64,000 bases of DNA from Lingula anatina. Taxonomy: Eukaryota; Animalia; Brachiopoda. Positions within the stretch are counted from its first letter, which is position 1; each line of letters opens with the position of its first letter. The stretch spans positions 25,734,848-25,798,847 of the forward strand of contig CM120643.1 of NCBI GenBank assembly GCA_051362555.1, in the 5' to 3' direction. Below the pieces are notes generated by a model that saw only the letters and a program-made list of their open reading frames with translations, did not search any database and was not told the origin of the DNA. Shown in pieces: positions 1-9,261 of this stretch. The translations under genes and the position numbers were made by a program.

Positions 1-100
1 GGTTTCAGGCCAACAACTGGTTTACTGCTCTGTTCACAGAGATCTTCACTGACAGTAGTCTGGCCATCTCTCACACAAACTGCTGAGACAACCTGCTCTC
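1..100 (-). CDS. ADAMTS16/18: ADAMTS16/18-like exon 19 (cut by window edge), TSP1 repeat
   Basis: GEQVVSAVCVRDGQTTVSEDLCEQSSKPVVGLK; acceptor tacag in the expected phase 1. Confidence 0.9.
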
Positions 101-661
101 CTGTATTAACAAGTCATAAAATATATATATATATATATAACAGGCCTTATCACCTACTCTCCTATATTAATACGTAACAGACATGACAGGCCTTATTACT
201 CTTTTCACAGTCAATCTTTTTCTCAGATCTACATGATTATGAGCCTATAAAGCAAACTTGCAACCTAATGCTTCCTTGTTTAGAAATATTATTTCAATTG
301 AAGTGTTTGACATGAACATTACTTAAGCTTTAACTTGTTATTTTTATTTGTTACATACTTCAAATAGTAAAATAATACCTCTTTTGGCCAATGTGTCACT
401 GAATTTACAAAACTTATGTTGACAATAAATATTCAGTATATCAACCAAAATCAAAATCTGGATTTATGCTGGAATGAACCAACGAGATCCCTGACATAGA
501 TAGAGATTTTTGCCTATATCATAAGCCTGAGTAACAAGAATTCAGGAAATGTAAAGATTGCTCTATATCAGGGGTTCAAAAGGGGGGGGTCAATACCCAA
601 GCATCCTGATTTACAGATAAATCTGAATGGCTTTTGTATCTTATGCGAAAATAGCACCTAC

Positions 662-815
662 CTCCAGCACAAGTGCGAGAACATGGTGCTGTCTCCACTC
701 TCCAGCTGTACCCTGTGGAGGTCTGGATGTTGTTATTGTGAACCTCAGGAAGTCGGGAGGCCAGTGGTGACCTATACTGCCACTTCACACCAGGATTGGG
801 GCCTCTGATCATCAC
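662..815 (-). CDS. ADAMTS16/18: ADAMTS16/18-like exon 18, spacer end and start of C-terminal TSP1
   Basis: VMIRGPNPGVKWQY..YSWRVETAPCSRTCAG; tccag / gtaggt. Confidence 0.94.
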
Positions 816-1202
816 CTGGAGTGGAAAAGTTTGGATATTACACATGTATTGTCTGTTTAAAAACTACAGTTGAATTAATTTGTAGCAATTTTTACATCTT
901 ATTGTGCATGATTCTTTAAATTTACACTGTTTTCCAGTAATCTGTTGATTTCATATCTATTTCTGCTGCAAATAATCATTTAAAATCCTGTCCAATTTTC
1001 ATAATAAGATTGAAAAGCAGGAGGTGAAGGGTTTCCATTGTTTTTATAACTCCATGTACCAGGAGTCAAGGGCAATACTGACAAATGAGACATGAAAGAA
1101 TTCTACAATAGTGTATTATTTGCATCATGGTATATTTCCCAACATTTATGTATCTAAGCTGCAAAGAAAAAAGAAAAAAATTATTCATTATATTTTCCTC
1201 AC

Positions 1203-1447
1203 CATAATGACCAAATCCTCAGTGATGGGCCCTTTAGCCTCTAATCTCTCAGGATCTTTGAAAGACCTGCTGTAACTGAAGGTGGTGCCACCAAACTGAT
1301 AGTTTCGAGACCACTGGATCTGCCAATCCCCATTGAGGTAGTACTTGCCGCGAAGGTTACGCACAGCTAAAAAACTGGCTGAGATCTGCAGCATATGAAT
1401 CTCTATTTCCATTGAGCCTTTGGGGATTTTGGTCACAAAATGGTAGG
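1203..1447 (-). CDS. ADAMTS16/18: ADAMTS16/18-like exon 17, spacer domain
   Basis: YHFVTKIPKGS..FLAVRNLRGKYYLNGDWQI..GGTTFSYSR..ERLEAKGPITEDLVIM. Confidence 0.96.
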
Positions 1448-1721
1448 CTGAGGGAGAAAAATTAGTTGTTGAATAAGATTTACCTTAGGTAAACATAGAT
1501 GCATAGTTTTTTATATAAATTTAAAAAAAAAAAAAAAACACAAGATATGTAGTTTAAATCTTCAAAATTTCTATTCGGATTTTGGGACCTAAAGGACAAA
1601 CGTCTGAGTTTCATGTCCTGACTTGACCTAGTTAGGTGTTAGCATATTTAGGGCAACTTGACATTGAAAGTAATTGAAGTGGAGACAATTGACATTTGGC
1701 AGTGTGCTACATATGATAGCA

Positions 1722-1870
1722 ATGTGTTAGATGTGGCATGGCACTGTTAGATGTGACACAGTGTGCTAGATGTGACAGAAATGTGTTAGATGTGACAGAG
1801 ACTTGTATGGCATGGTATTGTTAGATGTGGCATAGTGTGTTAGATGTGAAACAGTATGTTAGACAGAAAT
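1722..1870. repeat. Degenerate ~20-bp minisatellite (core tgttagatgtg)
   Basis: About 7 imperfect copies in the intron after ADAMTS exon 16. Confidence 0.8.
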
Positions 1871-1915
1871 GCATTGGTTGTATCTGGTATTTTACAATAC
1901 AAATGTTCAACTTAC

Positions 1916-2039
1916 TATGAGGTCTGGCAGGTGTGGTAAAAGTCCCTATGACTTTATCACAAGTGTTGTTCTTTCCTCCACATATGCCACAGCTGTCTTC
2001 CACAGCTCCAGAGTCCAGAATACCATCACAACCAGGGAT
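1916..2039 (-). CDS. ADAMTS16/18: ADAMTS16/18-like exon 16, end of cysteine-rich domain and start of spacer
   Basis: IPGCDGILDSGAVEDSCGICGGKNNTCDKVIGTF; acceptor tttcccag (present in 12 tandem copies), donor gtaagt. Confidence 0.93.
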
Positions 2040-2633
2040 CTGGGAAATATATCACATATTACATAAAAACTTACATCACAACCAGGAATCTGGGAAATAT
2101 ATCACATATTACATAAAAACTTACATCACAACCAGGGATCTGGGAAATATATCACATATTACATAAAAACTTACATCACAACCAGGGATCTGGGAAATAT
2201 ATCACATATTACATAAAAACTTACATCACAACCAGGAATCTGGGAAATATATCACATATTACATAAAAACTTACATCACAACCAGGGATCTGGGAAATAT
2301 ATCACATATTACATAAAAACTTACATCACAACCAGGGATCTGGGAAATATATCACATATTACATAAAAACTTACATCACAACCAGGGATCTGGGAAATAT
2401 ATCACATATTACATAAAAACTTACATCACAACCAGGGATCTGGGAAATATATCACATATTACATAAAAACTTACATCACAACCAGGGATCTGGGAAATAT
2501 ATCACATATTACATAAAAACTTACATCACAACCAGGGATCTGGGAAATATATCACATATTACATAAAAACTTACATCACAACCAGGGATCTGGGAAATAT
2601 ATCACATATTACATGAAACTTACATCACAACCA
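2024..2633. repeat. 50-bp tandem repeat, 12 copies plus a partial, spanning the exon 16 splice acceptor
   Basis: Unit catcacaaccagggatctgggaaatatatcacatattacataaaaactta starts at 2024, 2074 ... 2574; copies nearly identical. Confidence 0.98.
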
Positions 2634-2845
2634 TATTGTAAAATAAGAAAAGTAAGCTTTGGCTTTCAAAAGTTATTTTCTATCACTGGATAAGTGTAAA
2701 TATTACTAATAATTAGGTATTTTATAAAAGTATATCTTTTCAACACCAAAATACACCACAACACATAAACAAATATATACACTTACCAAAGAATAATATT
2801 TTTTTAAAATTGTAAATACAACCTGAAAGACACATGTGTGAGAGG

Positions 2846-2988
2846 CTTACCCTGCATACCCCCTGTACACAGACCCCCCTGCTTACCCTGCATACCCCCT
2901 GTACACAGACCCCCCTGCTTACCCTGCATACCCCCTGTACACAGACACCCCTGCTTACCCTGCATACCCCCTGTACACAGACTCCCTG
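2846..2988. repeat. 36-bp tandem repeat, 4 copies, spanning the exon 15 splice donor
   Basis: Unit cttaccctgcataccccctgtacacagacccccctg; encodes GVCVQGVCRVSR in frame on the minus strand. Confidence 0.97.
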
Positions 2989-3089
2989 TGGGTTGTAGAG
3001 ACATTGAGTGCCATCCCCTGCCATGGTAGACATCTGATAGTAGAAGGAATAACGCTTGGCCTTGCAGTACAGCTTACACTGGTCTTCCT
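2959..3089 (-). CDS. ADAMTS16/18: ADAMTS16/18-like exon 15, cysteine-rich domain (first of four possible donors)
   Basis: EEDQCKLYCKAKRYSFYYQMSTMAGDGTQCLYNPQGVCVQGVCR; the donor gtaagc recurs at 36-nt intervals. Confidence 0.92.
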
Positions 3090-3454
3090 CTGAAGTGGTC
3101 ATCATGACATTTAGTTATTTGTAATGGCTAATAATAGGTATCTGAGGTATAGGTTCAACAATGCAGTAAAAACTGTTGAAATAATTCTCAAGCAATGCTG
3201 GCAACTGGTTATAGCTACAGTAACAAATATTTAATATTTTAGTCTTCAGACATGTGAGGACATTTTTTCTGTTGCATAGGTTAACGTGTAAATTTAACAC
3301 ATTCTTTTTTTTTTTGTTAAAAATCAGCAAAAATACTCATGAAAGGTGTGAGTAATTTGCATTTCAATGTTAAAGTATCATAAATATCTTATGAGGAACA
3401 AACTTTTAACCAAACAATTAGATTTGAGATACACTTTATTAAGAAGACATTTAC

Positions 3455-3563
3455 CTGGAACTTTTGTATATGGTTCCCATTTGTAGTACCATCCCCTGAA
3501 CTTGATGTAGTTACGTGAGGTACACTGTAATGCCCTATAGGTGGAGCCAATAGTTGGACACCT
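3455..3563 (-). CDS. ADAMTS16/18: ADAMTS16/18-like exon 14, cysteine-rich domain
   Basis: RCPTIGSTYRALQCTSRNYIKFRGWYYKWEPYTKVP; ttttcag / gtaaat. Confidence 0.95.
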
Positions 3564-4000
3564 CTGAAAAGACAAATTACATGTTCCTCATTACTTCTTA
3601 TAGGTGCACATTCATAATCATAACATTATCTAAATATCAAAAGGAGCAAATTATACCAATGTTCATAGCAATCTAGAAAAATATAGGAAATATGAAGGTG
3701 CAAAATGGTCATTTATATAAAATTCATATATTCTAAGTTATTTTGAAAACCATGTTCAAACACTCCTTTTATTCAAACCAATCAATTTTTGAAATCTATC
3801 AATTAGATCACTATAATATATTTCCTTACATGAACCCATGCAACTTAGAACCCATTCAGTTTAGAACCTTCGACCAATTTTCCTGAATATTACTTACAAA
3901 ACAATGTTATGAAGAAACATTTCATTAATTTCATTCGAACTTGGCAAGATATTACAATAATTTTCAAATAAAATTGATGTACCAGTATTCAGCCACTTAC

Positions 4001-4064
4001 CTCAGTATTACACAGTTGATACATTGTATCATTCCCAGGACATTGCTCCCCACCAAATTTGGGC
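4001..4064 (-). CDS. ADAMTS16/18: ADAMTS16/18-like exon 13, end of TSP1
   Basis: PKFGGEQCPGNDTMYQLCNTE; ttccag / gtaagt. Confidence 0.95.
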
Positions 4065-4231
4065 CTGGAAACAATTGGATCATATTTTCATAAACTGAAT
4101 AATATAAGGAAAAACAGAATTTAAGATTCAGTTATCATATGACTACTGTAACGCTTAACAAACAACATTCTGAAAAGTATATTTCAATGAAAAAAAAATT
4201 AATTTAAAAAAATTGCCCACGTCTTCATTTT

Positions 4232-4390
4232 CAGGGACAGATAGAGAAATATTTTCTGACTGTCTTCCAAATTATCTTTGTTGATTCATCCACCATTTTT
4301 GATTTTTCCGACAGAAAAAATAGATGCCCATACGTGCAAACTTGAAATATTCTTCCAGAAGACGGCCTCCACCCTCCCCTGAATTTCTAA
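4232..4390. mobile_element. Degenerate interspersed repeat, same family as 57162-57337
   Basis: Shares gtcttccaaattatctttgttgattcatcc..ccgacagaaaaa..ccagaagaYggcctcca..aatttcta with the second copy. Confidence 0.75.
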
Positions 4391-4420
4391 GAAGTACGCA
4401 TACAGTTACCCTCCACTCAC

Positions 4421-4569
4421 TTAGGGTTGTTGCAGTCCCTCTTCCTGAGCTGTACGCCACGCCCACACGTCCTGGAGCAGAGTGTCCAGGCTGACCAGTC
4501 AGACCACTGGCCATCTACGGACTCCGGCCCTGAGTCTCCCTCTGGTAAACACAGACCCTTCAGGCACCA
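4421..4569 (-). CDS. ADAMTS16/18: ADAMTS16/18-like exon 12, central TSP1 repeat
   Basis: [39 protein letters not shown] (WxxWxxW, CSRTCG). Confidence 0.97.
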
Positions 4570-4859
4570 CTGGAATATAGCAGCATTTCGTTACCCCATT
4601 GGGATTGTTAAAATCTCATTTCTTTATCCTTATACATGTAGTCAAGGCAGATGAAAGACATTGACTGAATTACAATATACAAAAGAAAGAGTAAATTTCT
4701 TACAGTTTTGTAACAAATAAAATACTCTTCCATGTCAATGCAGTTTGCACAGTCACATCGAAAAGTATTCCTTGCCAAGTAAAATATTATGATAACATGA
4801 CATTCACTTTAACACAGTGGCATTACTGTATATGGCACAGAGGTATAACAACGCCATAC

Positions 4860-4955
4860 CTTTCCAGGTGCACATCTGGTGCCATCTGCAGCAGGTAGAA
4901 ACTTAGTTTCACACTTGTAACCCACAGTATGACACCACAGGTACTTACACATCTC
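4860..4955 (-). CDS. ADAMTS16/18: ADAMTS16/18-like exon 11, disintegrin-like domain
   Basis: EMCKYLWCHTVGYKCETKFLPAADGTRCAPGK; the CETKFxPAAxGT motif points to the ADAMTS16/18 clade. Confidence 0.96.
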
Positions 4956-5263
4956 CTGGAATGGACAATTGACTATTTTATAATATCTCATCAAAATATG
5001 ATAATTTCACTGTTAACAGACCATAATCACTCAATCAATCATCATTCCATTTTCACTGGTAAATAGTGATAGATTATTTCATTTTCCTTTATAGCATTAT
5101 ATTAACAGTTAACTTCATATAAAAGAAAGGTGATGTATTTGGTGAGTAAGGGAATGCTTCTTAAAGTCATGCTTTAATTCTTGTAAAAATTGGCTAATTT
5201 CTGCACCATAAAATGTAAATTCCAGTTCTAGATGACAAGTGGTAATAACATACACACACCTAC

Positions 5264-5420
5264 CCTACCAAAGTCAAAATTACAAAGACTCGCAGACGAC
5301 CCGAACTGCCACTTGCACTGAGTATCAGCATCGTACATTTGTCCCGGGAGCTTGTCTGGGAAACTGTAATCAGCCGCCATCTTGGGTTCATCTTCACTGA
5401 GGCAGCGTGACTGATGTGAC
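5264..5420 (-). CDS. ADAMTS16/18: ADAMTS16/18-like exon 10, disintegrin-like domain
   Basis: CLSEDEP..YSFPDKLPGQMYDADTQCKWQFGSSASLC, close to the vertebrate ADAMTS16/18 sequence as recalled. Confidence 0.96.
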
Positions 5421-5660
5421 CTAGAGGATGACATCATCATCACATACCCATCATTACTGTTTTAAAATAATCAAGTCACTATGACAATCGTCAAAGACCA
5501 GCTTAATTAATTTTTTGAAATTATAACAATAACTGATATATCTTATAAACTTATTTCCAAAGTATACCACAATATTAGCAAAACAAATTCTACATAGATA
5601 TAATGTCTTATGACCAGACTAAAAAACAGACAGACATTGGACAAACAGAAAAACAGTCAA

Positions 5661-5701
<41 letters not shown>

Positions 5702-5777
5702 CATATAGACATACAGTAAAACACTGATAAATGTGCACACACACGCACACACACAAACACACACTGAAGCTACTCAC

Positions 5778-5918
5778 TGTAGGAATTTCTGTAGATATTC
5801 CCTGCTGCACACTGACCACTTGAACACCCCATCATTCCCCACTGACAGCGTAGGGGACATGATGCCACCATCATACTTGCTGCAGTAGTTCCCCTCTCCA
5901 TCATGGACCATCCCAAGA
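5778..5918 (-). CDS. ADAMTS16/18: ADAMTS16/18-like exon 9, end of zinc motif and Met-turn
   Basis: Completes HEVGHNLGMVHD (HExxHxxGxxHD), then GIMSP Met-turn and WSVCSREYLQKFL. Confidence 0.97.
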
Positions 5919-6118
5919 CTGGACATTTATAAAATATTATGTGGTAATTTCTCACAATTTCTCACTAATATTACGAAAGAAAAGCACAAATAATCAAAAT
6001 CTACTAGAACCCCCATTTCCCATCATTACTCATTCTGAACGTTTAAAAAAATCCAATAATACTAGTACTGTAATTGCCTGGCATTGTTCAAGTCTTTTTC
6101 CATTTTAAATACACTCAC

Positions 6119-6224
6119 TTATGTCCCACTTCATGTGCAATGGTAAAGGCTACCCCCAGTCCTGTGTCTTCATTGATGGTACAGCTACGGCGGCTACTGC
6201 ACATACCCTGGATGGGGGCAAAAC
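6119..6224 (-). CDS. ADAMTS16/18: ADAMTS16/18-like exon 8, first half of zinc-binding motif
   Basis: [35 protein letters not shown]; acag / gtgagt. Confidence 0.97.
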
Positions 6225-6461
6225 CTGTACGCAAAAATTACACAGTATGGATGAGCAGACCAGGCACTCGCCACACCTTTTTTTCCGATAATCTAGTGCT
6301 TAATGCAACCAATGGTTTCTCCCTCATGCATTTGATTTTTGACACAATTGTGTGAGCCTCTATTAAATCTAAATCTAAATCTTCCACAATTTAATCTATG
6401 ACATAGGAGAAGGAACCTATTTCAAATCTACATCTTCACAAATTAAGATAGATCAACTTAC

Positions 6462-6621
6462 CCAGAGTATCACAGGGGCCGTACTCATTGACACAGAGAT
6501 CTGTTGCAGTCAGCAGTATGGCATGATCATGGTGGAAGTTTTCTCTGTGCTTCAAGGCTGACTGCCACTGACAGAAACTATCCAGGGTTTTCTCTGCATT
6601 TTTGCCTATCCTCAACCCAGC
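6462..6621 (-). CDS. ADAMTS16/18: ADAMTS16/18-like exon 7, reprolysin domain
   Basis: AGLRIGKNAEKTLDSFCQWQ..HHDHAILLTATDLC..PCDTL; ttag / gtaagt. Confidence 0.96.
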
Positions 6622-7044
6622 CTAATAGTAGAATACAAATAAATTTAGTCAATTATCAAAGGATTTCATCCACTGTGTAGTTCACTATGGAACCAGATAT
6701 ATACTTCTTTTCACAGAAAGGGTTAAAATATGGCTTAGCATTGAAAAGGTTTTATCCTAATGAAATAATCATGTAACTAAGCCAAGGGAAAAGGCGGGTA
6801 TCCAACCACCAAACTTTGTAAATGTCCCCATGAAAAGTATACATTTTTATAGGAAATTGGTCTTCATTAATGCTTTCTAAAAACTCACAATTTTTCAAGA
6901 TAGGAATATTACATTGTTTGATAAAGAATACTTTGATATTCAGCCATCTTTTCCAAAGTTTTTTTTTACACTAATCTAATTCATTAGTTTTCATTAATCT
7001 GACAAGCCAAATCTAATATTTATAAACTAAGATGATCCACTTAC

Positions 7045-7128
7045 CTCATCTCCCTCTAGTAATACTAATGCTGTAAGGACTATATTAATCTTCTCTCCTA
7101 TACTGTTATCATGGAATAACTTAGAGAC
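7045..7128 (-). CDS. ADAMTS16/18: ADAMTS16/18-like exon 6, reprolysin domain
   Basis: VSKLFHDNSIGEKINIVLTALVLLEGDE; tttcag / gtaagt. Confidence 0.95.
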
Positions 7129-7380
7129 CTGAAACAAATGTACAAACAATATAAACATAACATCATGCAGATTTACCTGAATACTTAAACACAGTAAACA
7201 ATGCCGTTATTGTCTAATACTGAAATTATTAAAATATGTACAAAATAATACAAAAAATTACAATAAAGAATATTGTTTTGTATGATTGTACTGGTAATAT
7301 GTATAATTAAACTAAAATTATATTTATATATATTCAAATATATACAAAATATAAATTCACAATTTCATTGATTTATTTAC

Positions 7381-7658
7381 CATATTTAACACTGTGAGGG
7401 TATAAGTAGTAACATTTTTATCGCCATGTGCATCTAGCATGTTTTTGTCTATAACCACAAGGGTTTCCAAATTCCTCAACTTTTCCTTATTCTTTCCATC
7501 TTTTACACGACGCTGATGCTGATGGTGACGATGACGTGCATATAATGCTGTTGATCTCTTATATCTTTGGTTTTTATGAATGAGATGATTTTCTTTATCA
7601 CCGTCATTATCTTTTTTGTCTTTTGGTTGCTGGAATGGCTGTAGTTTATTGTCTAAGG
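7381..7658 (-). CDS. ADAMTS16/18: ADAMTS16/18-like exon 5, furin site and start of catalytic domain
   Basis: RYKR furin motif, then RNLETLVVIDKNMLDAHGDKNVTTYTLTVLNM; tttacag / gtaaat. Confidence 0.95.
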
Positions 7659-8868
7659 CTGTAAAAAATGACAAAATGACAAAATGCCCTTTGTGACACT
7701 TCTTTGTTAATTAAAAGTTATTAGATATATTTTTGTCCCAAAACTTCAACATGCAATTTTACAGATAGCAAACTTCTTTACAGAATCCATGCACCACTTC
7801 TTTAAAATTGACTTTAAATTTCTAAAACTATAAGTCAATTAGATTTTAAAGGAAGAAATCAAAGCCTTTGAGCAAAGAGACAGCAAGCTTGACACAAAAT
7901 GCTTCAAACTCGCATGTTCCTCAACAAACACAGTCATATACAAATAAACACAATGGAAGATTGCAGTAGTTGAGACAGTCACTAGAACAATACAACACAA
8001 CTGCTACTTTCTCAACTACAGCAACTGAACACAAGAGTTCTATTAAGAGGCAGATTCAGCCATCACACCCAGAGTTTTAGAGGTCAATGAAAACTAGCCT
8101 CTCTAATATCTAAGACACACTAGTAATGACTGAGGAATGCTGATAGGAGAGAGCAGTTTTCAGTGTCCTCTGAAATTCAGGATGATCCACACACAAACAG
8201 ACCAGTCTCTCAAAAAATGCAGTACCAAAAGCATCATCTTAAATTCTGACTTATGAGAACAGAAGGCTATATCAATCTGTCTTTTATAATGTTCACAATG
8301 AGTTTTCTTCTTGTAATTTTTTCCTGGACAGGTATCTGTTGGGCACTAAATTATACACTGTAATATAGACACCTTTTCAATGTCAAATGTGTCATCATAC
8401 ACCAAAGAGTTACCTTTCATAATACAGTGTTTGTTATTTTAACTTTTTAACCTCTAATATCAGTGATCATTAGCTGGGTCTAACACACCCAGAGGGAGAA
8501 AAGGGGCAGGGTTCAGTTTACAATAAATATTAGTCTACATGCTGAAAATATGTGCCTTGATATAAATACATTATTTTGGAACAACATTAGAAGGTTGCAA
8601 CTAATTTCCTTATTAATTTTTTTCACAGGGGATATAAAACATGAATGAAGAGATGATATGTTCTGCTCTGGCAAATATAACATTTACATTTTCAACAATA
8701 AATGGTTCATTATTACCATTTCTTTAATCACAATGACAAAGAGAAGTGACAGAGCCATCCTTCCTAATGATAGTGTACCATCCAGGTATACAGTACTTTA
8801 AAATCATTCAGAATCACAAAGCAAGTCATCCTCTTTAAATCAAATAAATAAAAAAGTAACTCCCCCCA

Positions 8869-8871
8869 AAA

Positions 8872-8910
<39 letters not shown>

Positions 8911-8915
8911 AATAA

Positions 8916-8962
<47 letters not shown>

Positions 8963-8963
8963 A
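8869..8963. repeat. (TAAA)n microsatellite
   Basis: Long, slightly interrupted TAAA run. Confidence 0.95.
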
Positions 8964-9050
8964 CTCAGAAGAATTGCTCTCCATACTAAAAAATCAACAT
9001 AACAGCCCACAATTAAGACTTAACCCTTGAAATCAATGTTAACAACTCAC

Positions 9051-9261
9051 CTTTAAGATGATCACTATTATTATTGCTATGACACAGGTGGTTAGTCCCA
9101 TGTGAGGAAGATGAATTAAGAGAATGGAGAGATGACTTCATATATATAACATGTGGGTAATGAGAAGCGCTGGCATGACTTGTATTCACAAAATGGCGAT
9201 GGAGATGAGATGGGAGAGGCTGGACGATATACTCAGCCTTGGAGGTGCGGAGAATCCCCAT
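9051..9261 (-). CDS. ADAMTS16/18: ADAMTS16/18-like exon 4, prodomain
   Basis: MGILRTSKAEYIVQPLP..HVIY..HLCH; tttcag / gtgagt; phase 0 to 1. Confidence 0.93.

Noticed and set aside
2024-2633. CRISPR-like regular array
   Set aside because: Units repeat end to end with no unique spacers, there are no cas genes, and the context is a eukaryotic intron.
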